A stretch of DNA of 64,000 bases from the human T2T-CHM13v2.0 reference genome, Homo sapiens. Each line of letters starts with the position of its first letter. The first letter of the stretch is position 1. Positions 42,517 through 55,742 of the stretch are shown here, one piece after another. The notes beneath the pieces are model-generated. The model saw only the letters and a program-made list of their open reading frames with translations, had not been told where the DNA came from and made no database searches. Location of the stretch: NCBI RefSeq assembly GCF_009914755.1, contig NC_060944.1. One strand, given 5' to 3'. Made by a program: the position numbers and the translations under genes.

Positions 42517-45244
42517 ACCTACCCAGCTAAATAAGAGACAGTGTCAGGATCTGAACCCAGGCCGTCTGACTGCAGAGCCCGAGATCTGAGCTAGTCCCTG
42601 CACCTCTGAAAGGATGGGCACACCAGAGGGCCTGGATTTTCTGGTACAACCCTGATCTCAATATCTGCTTCTTTGTAGGAGGATGAGTTTGGGGAAGTAT
42701 AGCCCTCGGCCTAGGGGACAAGAAGGGGATTTGCTCATCAAGTTGATGTCTGCCCAACAGCTGTCGAGCCCCCATGTGGCAAGGACTCTTAGATGGCTCC
42801 AGGATCCTTTCTCTCTGTAGTAACAAGCCCCTGAGTGTCAGGTGGAGGCCCAGAACGCACCCTCCATTTCCCGCCCCCCTTGTGGTTAGAGATTTGGATA
42901 TGGTCCTGTGGCTGGCATCCGGCCACTGGGGGTACTCAGAGGCACGGGGAGGGCCGAGTTGGGGGTGAACCATCCTGGATTATGCAGACAGGGCACCATT
43001 TCTGGCACTTTCTGGCACAATTTCTGCCATAGTTTGGCAGCAGCTGGCCAGAGTGGGATCTTAGAAGGGTCAGCAGTCATGGTGGAGGGGGAGGCTGGCA
43101 TTGAGCCTTTACTAGAAGCTGTCTTTGAAACATCACATCTTTCTCTCCCCAGAAGGTCTGTCACTTGAATATTTTCCTTTATTAGTTAAATGAGGTTTGG
43201 CTACAAGGGGCAGAAAACAAAACAAGCAGAAATCACAATCGCTCTTTAAAAAAGAAACGGGATTCTCCTGGCATATTTTTCTTTCCTATAAAAATGAAGT
43301 CCGGGGCAGCATTCCAGGGCCAGGAGGAGGTTCCACAAAGTCTTTAGGGTGACTCATGACTCTGCCATCCTCAGGGTCCAAAATTATTGCGTGAGCTCCA
43401 GCCATCACATCTTCTTTCCAGCCAGGAAAAAGGAAGGAACAGAGAAGGATGTCCCCTGTTCCTTTAAAGAACACTTGAGAAAACTTCTGCTCACCTCCCT
43501 GTTTCACGTGGCCATACCTCACTGCAAGGAAAATGTAGTCTTTATTCTGGGTGGCCATGCAACCCCCTGAAAACTGGGGGTCTTACAACTAGGGCAAGAG
43601 AGGGCAAGAGTGGATACTGCTGTAGTCTACTCAATCAGATCTGTTCCGGCCACGGGGAGGAGCTGAATGGAACAGCATCATTCCATTTAAGGCAATTGGC
43701 TATGCGTTCTTGGACAAGTCACCTGATCCTTCTGGGCCTCTTTTTGCTCATCTGACTAACTAAAATCAGATTAAAAGGTTTTTAGAGTCTCCTTCAGTAG
43801 AATCCTTCTATGGGTCTAAGAATTGTCTCATTTTTAGCCATAGACCATATCAAGATGTAGAGACACTGGTGGGTACTGCCTGAGTGTGGTATCTTCTGTG
43901 TCAGACTGACCAGGCTTCAGGTCCTGTGGGGCCTGGGAAACGTCCTTCCTCCTCTGAGCCGGGTCCCTCCTGCTGGCCAGACTCGGATGAAGTGACTGTA
44001 AAGTTCCCAGCTTGCCACTCAGCAACTCTAGCAACACCAGCAAATTACTAACATTCTATTAATAAAAACGACAGAGGAAATGCACCTGTTTCCTATTGCT
44101 GCTGTAACAAATGCCCACAAAGGTAGTGACTCAAACACTGCACATTTATTCCCCTCCAGTTCTGGAGGCCAGAAGCATGAAATAGACTCACAGGGCTGAG
44201 GTCAAGGTGTCTGCCGGGCTGTGTTCCTCTGTTTCCTGCCCACTTGGGCGCTGGCAGAATTCAGGTCCCAGGGCTGGAGGAATGACCTCTTTGGAGGGTC
44301 AGAAAAGAGCTCCTGGGATTATATTAGGCAACAGGTTGGATTCAGTTTTAGGAACAGAATTGCCATTTGGAAATTATGCTCCAAATTCTGCTAGATCTGA
44401 ATTTTTTGAAGTAGCCAGTGCAGACACAGAAGGGCAGCTGTGAGCTGGGGTCCCAAGGAAACTTCAGAAAGCCGTGTCCATAGCATCTTCCTTCCGTGGA
44501 TCCCGAGGAGACCTCTGGGCCCGTCCGGGCTTCCCCCCGCCCAGCTTCAGCCGTTGTGGTTTCAGGCCCGCGGGGGGTCCCTGCCTCCCTAGATTGTCTC
44601 TGTCCCGCTCCCAAGGCCATTCACTCTTTCTGGCACTCACATCCCCAGACACGCCCCCTCCCACCCAAGGCCCAAGCAAGTGCCTCACAGCCCTGATCCC
44701 AGCCGCAACAGAGGACAGAGTGGAATCTGGGAGTTAAACACCAAATGGCCAAGGGTGGTTTTCCACTGAGACCTAGAGCCGAGGGGGCCATCAGCACCCG
44801 TTCTCTGAAGGCGGCTGGGGCAGATCCAGGGCAGTCGAGCAGGTGGACTCTGGCATCACCCTGCCCAGGCTCAAATCCCAGCTCCATCTTTGAGCTGTGT
44901 GACCTGGGATATGTTTCTTAACTTCTCTGTGCCTTGCTTTTGACATTTGTAAAAGGTGGATCATGATGGCATTTTCCTCCCAGGACAGGTATGAAGATTA
45001 CAGATGAAATCAATCCAACATAATTGGTATAAACCACTTGGCTTAAGGGGTGCCTGGGACATCCACAGGGGCTCTGGTAACTGCGATTCCTGTTATGACC
45101 ATGACAGGTGACAGCAGAAGGCACCACCCAGCTCCCACCTCAGTTGTATAGACTGTGGGCTCTGCTTGGCCATGTGTGTTGTGGGGAAGGAGACCCTGTT
45201 TTCTCCTGCCTTTGCAGTCCCATTCTCTTTCCTAAGGATTCTCT

Positions 45245-45509
45245 TTTCCTTCTTTTTTTTTTTTCTTGAGTCAGAGTCTCGCTCTGTCACTCAGGCTGGA
45301 GTGCAGTGGCACGATCTTGGCTCACTGCAACCTCCACCTCCTGAGTTCAAGCTATTCTCCTGCCTCAGCCTCCTGAGTAGCTGAGATTACAGGCACGTGC
45401 CACCACACCCGGCTAATTTTTGTATTTTTAGTAGAGACGGGGTTTCACCATGTTGGCCAGGATGGTCTTGAACTCCTGACCTCAAGTGCTCCGCCCTCCT
45501 CAGCCTCCC
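45245..45509 (-). mobile_element. Alu (S-like, 5'-truncated)
   Basis: Alu body; TTCTCTTTTCCTT on both flanks. Confidence 0.9.
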
Positions 45510-46706
45510 TTCTCTTTTCCTTTTACAGCCCTTCTGAGATGTCTCTTCTTCGGCGTTTCATTCACTCCCCGCGGCACCCTGGATGCCTGTTCACAGCTCG
45601 GTCCAGATTTCTAGAGCTGCTTTTAAAGGGCAGCTGCCACCCAGTGTTGCTCCCTGTATTCCCAGGTCCCCTTGCAGCCGCAGTGAGCTTGTCCCCATTC
45701 TGTAGATGGCAATAATCATAATAGTATTAGTAACAATGATGATAGGAAACATTTGCTTACCACTAATTAAATACGAGGGTCTGTACTAAGCCGGTGTCCC
45801 TGTATTATCTCACTTCAAGATCTCCGGGGTCACAGAGGCAGCCTGTTTCCAGAGACAGTAACTGAGGCACGGAGAGAGGATGAGGAAATGAAGCTGGGAG
45901 ACGGTGACTAGCTTGGTGTTCCTTACAAATGGGAGGTGGTGGCTGGAATAGGCCAGGCTGGCCTGACTCAGAGTCCAGCTCTAACTTCTGTCACCAGATT
46001 TAAATGGGATTCTGGAGTTTTAATTTTCCCCAAGCAGACGCTTCCTCCTTAACGTCACGATTTCCACACGTGCTGGACACATTTGGAGGTGGACAGAGAT
46101 GAGGCAAAATTAAACTTTTTCGAGTTGAGTCTGGTTACTCTGGGTAGAGGATCTTGCAAAACCACCTTGCTTTGCTGGGAGAGACTTTGGTCGTGAAAGA
46201 TAAATGTTCTGCCGTCTGAATCAGAGGTAGGACGCCCCATGCTGCGAATTGTGGCTGCTTAGAAATATTACTGTTTTTTGAGTTGCTTTTAACAATTTGG
46301 TAAGGAATTTAAATCCCCCATCAAATAAATGAATTGCTATTAGTTTACAAGAGTGGTCTTGGATTTCCACTTCTTTCTAAATAAAGCCTCAGGAAGACAA
46401 AAGGGACATGGGGAAATTGCAGGTTAATTTTTTGGTGTGCTCGTGAAATTCCAGGGCGCATGCAAATGAGGGCGAAGATGGTCACACGGATAAGAGCTTA
46501 AACTCGCCGAGAGCCTGCCATGCCAACTCACTTTAAAAAATCAAATATATGAAAACAATAAACTTTATAACGTAGCTATGATAAATGGAGAACACAATCA
46601 TTTGCCAACAACAGTAATAAAAATAATGATTATGATCAGTCACATATTTTGAGCATTTACTCTGTGGCAGGCACAGCTGTAATGTTTTAAAACTGATGTT
46701 ATCCAA

Positions 46707-46879
46707 ATTAGCCGGGCACGGTGGCCCACGCCTGTAATCCCAGCTACTCGGGAGGCTGAGGCAGGAGAATCGCTTGGAACCCAGGAGGCAGAGGTTGCGG
46801 TGAGCCGAGATCGCGCCACTGCACTCCAACCTGGGCAACAGAGCAAGACTCTGTTTCAAAAAACAAAACAAAACAAAAA
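46707..46879 (+). mobile_element. Alu right arm
   Basis: AATTAGCCGGGCACGG start and (CAAAA)n tail. Confidence 0.88.
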
Positions 46880-47514
46880 TCTGGCGTTATGCTTTGAAGC
46901 TGGTACCATTGTTTCCATTTTACAGATAAGGAAAATGAGGTTAAATTCTTCTTCCAGTATGTTAACAATAGGGGTATCCAATGAAGACATGAAACTTGCT
47001 TCACCCATTTTTTCATTTTTTCACCCATATCCTCCTCCTTTCTTCCCTAATTTCACCTATTTTCATCCTTAAAAGTTTAGAAACTTGACCCAGCAGCACC
47101 CTCCTAGCCTAGGCTGGTGAACACCCTGTTCCTCACCCATCTTGTAGCTCCGAAGTGCCCACCACACCATGCCTGTTGGTTAATGCAGCCTTCCCCATTG
47201 CAGTCCTGCTAAGGAGGGCTGGGACAGGACCCACTCTCCGCCTTCCCAGTGTGGGGCACAGAGTGGGTTCTCAGCAGACATTGCCAAACAAATGAATGAG
47301 GGAATCAGTGAATGAATGAATAAAGCAAATGCAGAAGCAAATTCAGATCCAAAATCCACCAGAGGTGTTTCACTACGATTTCAGTGGTCCCTGTCTTTGG
47401 TTTAGCAGCGATGTGTCTTTTTGAGGCCCTAAACTACTTTCCTAAAATGAGGCTATTAGGGAGCACCAACCCTGGACCTCCCCCAGGGACTGTTGCAAGG
47501 ATTAAACCAGTTAA

Positions 47515-48161
<647 letters not shown>

Positions 48162-49906
48162 TAGCACTGTGAGATTTTATTTTAAAATAAATGCATTTGA
48201 TTTTAAAAAGTGAGTTGGAAATAAGTAAATATCGGTGCGGGTGAATCCTAGACAGGATCCCAATCCCGAGGTGGTGTTCAACCCCTGGGTGTAGGACCTC
48301 AGGTGAAGGGTTACTCAATTTGGGGCAGCTTCCCTAAGCCATGATTGTGCCGCACGCATGGCTGGCAGCATGGATGTCAGTGTGGGGAGGCCCAGGCCCT
48401 TGGAGGAGGCTGAGGCAGCCTTGTCTGGGACCCCAGGTACGCCTCCAGCCATCTTCCCCACAGCCCCTTCTCTGAGCGCGCAGCCATCACCCCAGACCCG
48501 GGCTGATATTTTTAGCACACAGGCACCCTGCACGGCCCTGTACACTCTGACCAAATTTAGAAATCTCAAGAGATCTTTGCTTTTCTACGCCTTCAGAAGG
48601 AGCAATGAATGAAAAGGCTCCCAGCCTCCGGTTTAGTGAGAGCAAACCCTCCTGTTTGCAGGGCTCTCTCTGGTAGGGAACCCCAAGCTTTACTGTGCAG
48701 TGAAAAAAAGCCAGGTGCAGAATCCTGTGTGTGTTTTGGGTCTACGGTAGCAAATGCAAAGCAACCCCTGCACCGTGCACGTGTGTCTGAGTCAGCACAG
48801 CCAGCAGCGGGGTGTGGAAGGAGCCCCCCGCAAGTGGGGGAGGAAGGGGCTGTGGAGGTGATTACCTCACTCTCATGCAGGGCTGAATATTACTGTTTCC
48901 CCTGTTAAACAAGGGTGTATTACTTCCGAAATCTGACAACCCCAAGCACCAAAAGGTTTAAAAATATCTCGAGATTGTAAAGCCTCCGACAGAATGCTGA
49001 AACAGGATTGCACAGTTGACCAGGAGCTTCTGAGGTTGTGGCGGACCCTCCATGTTTCTGACTGCCGGACAGTCACAGCCCCCTCTTCCCTAAGGCCACC
49101 AGATGTTCCCTGGGACACCTGCCCCCAGCTCTAGTCCACATAATGCTGCCCTCCACCTCCAGACCCAGGGGAGGGGAGTGGTCAGGGCCGGCCAAGCCAA
49201 GCACCGTATGGCCCCTGGTTCAGGACATCGCTGGGACCCAGAGGCCAGAGACCTTCAGCTGGGATCCCCAAGGATCCCTTGGGACCCCTGGGACTGTTGT
49301 CCACCTCTGTGCCACCAGGAGAGGAGAGCCCCACTAAGACTGGAGTGACACGGGAAGGTGCAACCAAGAGCAGGCAGGGAGAACACGGAGTGCAGGCGCT
49401 GCCTGAGCCCCTGCCCTGGGCTGTGTCGGGGGAGCTACTGTGGAACTTTCTGTCTATGCAGGCTCAGCAGGCCGCAGTGTGCACCACCCGGCTCCTGCCA
49501 GTGAACCTACAAACGCTGATGGCTAGATTATTTGCATATGTGTTGTTAAATATGGCCAATATTAAAATTAAATGATACAAACATGTAATTAAAGGAATTA
49601 CATTAAAAACAGAGATAATAGCTCCTCAGGACACCTCACTCCCTAATTAGCATACTGCACTTCACCATTCCCCAGGCTCTTGGGGTGCCACCTCGGCTGC
49701 ATTTGGGGGAAGGAAATGCTTTAGGTCTGGACGTGCATTCCTGTGCGTCCTCTGGATAGCAGGAAATCTGCCAGCATGGAAATGGCAAATGCTACAAACA
49801 GGGGTCCCCCCAAAGCCATTGCTTCCCAGCATGCCTCTGAGAGAAGCCCTGTAACACAGGCCAGGGGGCACCTGCTCTGCAGGACCCCAAGCAACAGGAA
49901 GGAAAC

Positions 49907-50012
49907 AGGAAGGAGAAGGGGAGGAGAGGGGGAGGAGAGGGGGAGGAGAGGGGGAGGAGAGGGGGAGGAGAGGGGGAGGAGAGGGGGAGAGGGCAAGGAG
50001 AGGGCAAGGAGA
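49907..50012. repeat. (AGGAGAGGGGG)6 homopurine tandem repeat
   Basis: Uninterrupted purines at 49907-49993; 11-bp unit. Confidence 0.92.
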
Positions 50013-51014
50013 GGTCTTCGGCATCCTTATGGTGAAAACCACATTTTCTCCTCCCCATTTCCCTGGTAGCTGGGAAGCGCATTCAATTAACGTGTATTGA
50101 TTGGCTTGAGGAAATCGGGCTCCCAGAAGTCTAGGGCCTTGCTTAAGGTCACCTAGCGGTGGGGCAGGAACTGGGACACAGTTTTAATTTGACTCCGGAG
50201 CCCTGGACTGGCCTTGTAATTGGTACTTCTTGTGCAGTGCTCACGGACACCTCAGCTGAATGAAGGCCGTGCAGGTGGCTGGACAGAAACGCCCTGTAGC
50301 CCGCATCCCTCACGTTCAAGGCTTCTGTTTTTTCAGCACTCATTTCTAAGTGGCTTGCAGCCTTGCAAGATGAATTGTGGAAGTGCATGGGCACAGTACT
50401 TAAAAACATAGAGTCCCGAGCTGAGGCAGGTCTGCCCTTTCCAGTTATTTTCCAATCCTTGTGATTACAAAGAGGTTTCTTATTTAGGGGTGAGCCTGAC
50501 TTTCACACTCGGGCAGGCTCCACTGGCAGCCAGCCTCCTGTGTCCCAGCCTCCAACAGAAGTTAAAGACACGAGGAGGTTTCAATGCATTCACTTTGGGG
50601 GATCCCTCCTGCTTATTAAGAAAATGATTTTCCATTTTTGGTAACAGTAGAGTTTTCTTTTAAAATTATTTAAGTAAATTTGGGGAGCAAGTGCTACAGA
50701 TAGTTATGGAAGGCATCCTGAGCTGATGGGCAGTTGCTGGATTTGATGGGAAACCAGGATCCAATTCAATTTCCCAGAGAACCCGAGGCCTGGCGCGGGC
50801 AGGGAGGGTCAAGGAAGGGAGGAGCCCAGGGTCCGGCCCTCGGCCCCAATCAGGGAATGCAGCTGCCTCAGAAAATGCTGGCTTTCATATGTCAGGGACA
50901 AAAGGGACCCTTTTTTCTCCCCTTTTTTTAGTTAGAAGGAAACCTTTGAGCCATTTATAAAGACAGGCTCGCTGACTTATGGGAAAGTGGGCTTCTCTAC
51001 TGTCATTTACTAAC

Positions 51015-51369
51015 TGGTATGCTTTAGCTCTGTGTCCCCACCTGAATCTCATCTTGAATTATACTCCCATAATTCCCACGTGTTGTGGGAGGGACATGGT
51101 GGGAGATCATTTGAATCATGGGGGCAGTTTCCCCCATACTGTTCTCATGGTAGCGAATAAGTCTCATGAGATCTGACGGTTTGATCGGGGGTTTCCGCTT
51201 TTGCATCTTCCTTATGTTCTCTTGCCGCCGCCAAGTAAGAAGTGTCTTTCACCTCGCGCCATGATTGTGAGGCCTCCCCAGCCATGTGGAACTGTAAGTC
51301 CAATTAAACCACTTTTACTTTCCAGTCTCGGGTATGTGTTTATCAGCAGTGTGAAAACCGACTAATACG
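51015..51369 (+). mobile_element. THE1A/B-like solo LTR
   Basis: THE1 body (CTGTGTCCCCACC..ATCTCATCTTGAATT..GGCCTCCCCAGCCATGTGGAAC); 5-bp TSD CTAAC at 51010-51014 and 51370-51374. Confidence 0.92.
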
Positions 51370-51894
51370 CTAACTGTCATGTGTCTGGACGTGCGAAAAA
51401 TCCCTAAATGGGTGAGAATCATGTGTTTCTGCTACAGTCTGTTTCAGCAATGCAAGTCTTGGGATGGATTAGATCAACCTTAAGTAATAAGAACAAACCC
51501 AGTCTTCAGAAAACTTTTGGGGGTTCCAATAGCATTTACCATGGGGCCTGGTGAAACATGAGCTTTGTTTCATCCGGCTGCTGCTTTGCGGGAGGATGGA
51601 GCAGAGCAGGAGGGGGCATGGCTCCAGACAGGTCGGGAACATTCTCAGAGTTGGGCCCCTGGATGACCCTGTCCTGGTCAATGCAAATACAGAGCCCCAC
51701 CCTGGCAAGAGGGGAGAGGCACTGCCGTGATTTCAGTTTGTCTTCTGTCATGTTCTGGTGACCTCTCAACAGTGCTGTGGTCCTTGGGGCATGTGCACTG
51801 GGAGTGGGGGGCTTTTCGCTCACCTCTGAGGAGATCCTTTCTCCCTCCAGTGTCGATTCATTCTCACTTAATTAAACTTCAAGTTTTAAAAATG

Positions 51895-52425
51895 AGAACT
51901 GTCCAACCCAAGTGTCATCAATAGATAAACAGATAAACAAAATGTGATCCCCCTCATGCAAAGGAAAATTATTCACCCTTAAAAAGGTAAAAAAATTCTG
52001 ACACAGGCTACAGCATGGATGAACCTCAGTGAATTATGCTCAGTGAAATAACCCAGGCACATAGAGTAGTGAAATTCATAAGGGATGGGAAGGAGAATGG
52101 AGGTCTCCAGGGGCTGGGTGGAGGGGGATACGGAGTTAATGTTTAATGGGGGCAGAGTTTCAGTTCGGCAAGATGAAAAGAGTTCTGGAGATGGGAGTAC
52201 AACAAGGGGAATGTGCCTAACACCCCTGAACTGTACGTATCATGGCTAAGATGGCCAATTTTCTTTTTTTTTTTTTTTAAGATGGAGTCTTGCTCTGTCG
52301 CCCAGGCTGGAGTGCAGTGACGTGATCTCGGCTCACTGCAAGCTTCGCCTCCTGGGTTCACACCATTCTCCTGCCTCGGCCTCCTGAGTAGCTAGGACTA
52401 CAGGCACCTACCACCACGCCTGGCT

Positions 52426-52460
<35 letters not shown>

Positions 52461-52612
52461 TAGAGACGGGGTTTCACTGTATTAGCCAGGATGGTCTCCA
52501 TCTCCTGACCTCGTGATCTGCCTGCCTCGGCCTCCCAAAGTGCTGGGATTACAGGCTTGAGCCACCGCGCCCGGTAAGACGGCCAATTTTATGTGTATCT
52601 TCCTACCACTTA
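51895..52612 (+). mobile_element. L1MB-like 3' end interrupted by AluY (minus strand, 52260-52574)
   Basis: GCTACAGCATGGATGAACCT..GTTTAATGGGGGCAGAGTTTCAGTT..AAAAGAGTTCTGGAGATGG; TAAGAYGGCCAATTTT flanks the Alu. Confidence 0.85.
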
Positions 52613-53243
52613 CAAAAAGGATACCATCAAGAGCAGTGGAAGTCTGTTTGCCAGCGTGCTGGGTCCTAACAAAAGACCCCACTGACTTCAGTCCTGCCCA
52701 GCTTGCTCACTGCAGCCTGCTCTGGGCTCTGATGTTCATCACGGCTTGGAGTTGCTTCCCCAGACAGAGTACAGCGTAGCTGAAAGTCCACTGTTAGCGG
52801 GTTATCGGAGGAGAGCACTTACCAGCGGCTCACCTCTGCTGACTGCTGTGCCAGGCTGTGTGAAGCACTGTACTCCCATACTCACCACAGCCACAGAGGA
52901 CAGCCCGTGGTCACTCCTGGGGAAAAGCAGACAGCCGAGGCTCTGATGGGCCATAAAAAATAATCCAAAAAGTGGCAAGGAAAAAGAGAAAACAATACAA
53001 CTACAGAAATGATAACATTACATGTAAGTGGTCCAAATATACCAATTGAAACACAAAGATGGTTGGACTGGATGAAAAAGAAACTGTATAAATAATAAAC
53101 ACCTATTTTAAATATGAAGATATGTCATTTAAATAAAATAGAAATAAGTAAATATAAGTATGTAGAGAGTAAAGAGAAAATAACTAGAGTAAAGAAATAG
53201 AAATTTTAAAACATGTCCTTAATCTGATAAAGAGTACCTACAA

Positions 53244-55364
53244 GGGTACTTGATATGATTTTGATTTTCTTCAATTTATTGAGACTTGTTTTGTGGCCTA
53301 TCATATGGTCTGTCCTGGAGAATGTTCCATGTGCTGGTGAAGAGAGTATGTATTCTGCAGTTGTTGGGTAGAGTGTCCTGTAAATAGCTGTTAAGTCCAT
53401 TTGTTCTGGGGTATAGTTTAAGTCCATTGTTTCTTTGCTGACTTTCTTTCTTGACGACATGTCTAGTGCTGTCAGTGGAGTACTGAAGTCCCCCACTACT
53501 ATTTTGTGTTGCCATCGAACTCATTTCTTAGGTCTAGTAGTAATTGTTTTATGAATTTGGGAGCTCCAGTGTTAGATGCATATATATTTAGAATTGTGAT
53601 ATTTTCCTGTTGGACTCATCCTTTTACCATTATCTAATGTCCCTCTTTGTCTTTTGTTTCCCCACTGTTGTTGTTTTTAAGTCTGTTTTGTCTGACGTAA
53701 GAATAGCTATTCCTGCTTACTTTTGGCTTCCATTTGCATGGAATATCTTTTTCCACCCCTCTACCTTAAGTTCTATGTGTTAGGTGAGTCTCTTGAAGAC
53801 AGCAGATACTTGGTTGGTAGATTTTTAGCCAGTCTGCCATTCTGTATCTTTTAAGTGGAGTATTTAGGCCATTTACATTCAAGAAGAGCCTGCATAGCCA
53901 AAGCAATACTAAGCAAAAAGAACAACTCTGGAGGCACATATTACATAGTCTTCAAACTATACTACAAGGCCATCCTTATCAAAACAGCATGATTCTGGTA
54001 TAAAAACAGGTATGTAGACCAATGTAATATAACAGAGAATAAAGAAATAAAGTCCAGTACTTAAAGCCAACTGACCTTTGACAAATCAAACAAAAACATA
54101 AAGTGGGGAAAGGACACCCTATTCAACAAATGGTGCCAGGATAATTGGCAAGCCACATGTAGAAGAATGAAACTGGACCCTCATCTCCCACCTTATACAA
54201 AAATCAACTCAAGATGGATCAAAGACTTAAATCTAAGGCCTGAAACCGTAACAATTCTAGAAGATAATATTGGAAAAACTCTTCTAGACATTGGGTTGGG
54301 CAAAGAGTTCATAACCAAGAACCCAAAAGCAAATGCAACAAAAACAAAAATAAATAGATGGGATTTAATTAAACCAAGAAGTTTCTGCACAGAAAAATAA
54401 ATAATCAGCAGAGTAAACAGGCAACCCACATAGTGGGAGAAAATATTTGTAAATTATACATGTGACAAACGACTAATATTCAGAATCTACAAGGAACTCA
54501 AACAAATCAGCAAGAAAAAAACAAATGATCCCATCAAAAAGTGGGTAAAGAACATGAATAGACAATTCTCAAAAAAATATATAAATGGCCAACAAACATG
54601 ACAAATGCTCAACGTTGCTAATTATCAGAGAAATACAAATTGAAACCACAATGAGATGCCACCTTACTCCTGCAAGAATGGCCATCATTAAAAAATAAAA
54701 AAAATAGATGTTGGTGTAGATGTGGTAAAAAGGGAACACTTTACTGCTGGTGGGAATGTAAACTAGTATAACTAGTATAACTAGTACAGAGAATCCTTAA
54801 AGAACTAAAAGTAGAACTACCATTTGATCTAGCAATCCCAGTACTAGGTATCTACCCAGAGGAAAAGAAGTCATTATATGAAAAAGACAGTTGCACATGC
54901 ATGTTTACAGCAGCACAATTTGCAACTGCAAAAATATAGAACTGGCCTAAATGCCCATCAACCAATGAGTGAATAAACAAAATGGGGTACATATATACCA
55001 TGGAATACTACTCAGCCATTAAAAGGAATGAAATAATGGCATTCATAGCAACATGGATGGAGTTGGAGACCATTATTCTAAGTGAAGTAACTCAGGAATG
55101 GAAAACCAAATATCGTTATGTTCTCACTTATAAGTGGGAACTAAGCTATGAGGACACAAAGGCATAAGAATGATACAATGGTCTTTGGGGACTCGGTCGG
55201 GAGGAAGGGTGAAAGAGGGGTGAGGGATAAAGGACTCCATATTGGGTACAGTGTATGCTGCTCAGGTGATGGGTGCACCAAAATCTCAGAAATCACCACC
55301 AAAGAACTCATCCATGAAACCAAAAATCACCTGTTCCCCAAAAACTCTTGAAATAAAATGTAAA
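53244..55364 (+). mobile_element. L1PB-type LINE-1 with 5' inversion (inverted 53244-53880; sense 53881-55364)
   Basis: Minus-strand ORF2 endonuclease sequence (NVNGLN...; GDFSTPL...DHMIGHK) joined to plus-strand ORF2 C-terminus (MKLDPHL...; YTMEYYSAIKRNE) and an L1PB-like 3'UTR. TSD AAAGAGTACCTACAA at 53229-53243 and 55365-55379. Confidence 0.9.
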
Positions 55365-55742
55365 AAAGAGTACCTACAAAAACTTACAGCTAGCATCATA
55401 CTTAATGGCAAAAAACTCAATGATCTTCCACTAAACTGGAAACAAGGCAAAGATGTCCGCTCACCGCACTCCCGTTCAACATCATGTCCGAGGTCCTAGC
55501 AAGTGCCATATGGCAAGAAAATTAAAACAGACACATACAGTTTGGAAACGGGAAAATAAAACAGTCTCTATTTGCAGATGGCATGATTATCTATACAGAA
55601 AACCCCAAGGAATCTACAAATAAACAATTTCAACTCACACGTGAGTTTAGCCAGGCTGCAGGTTACAAGGTCAATGAACAAAAATTAACTATACTAGCAC
55701 CAAAGAATTGGAAATTGAAATTGCAAAAACAGTACGATTTAT

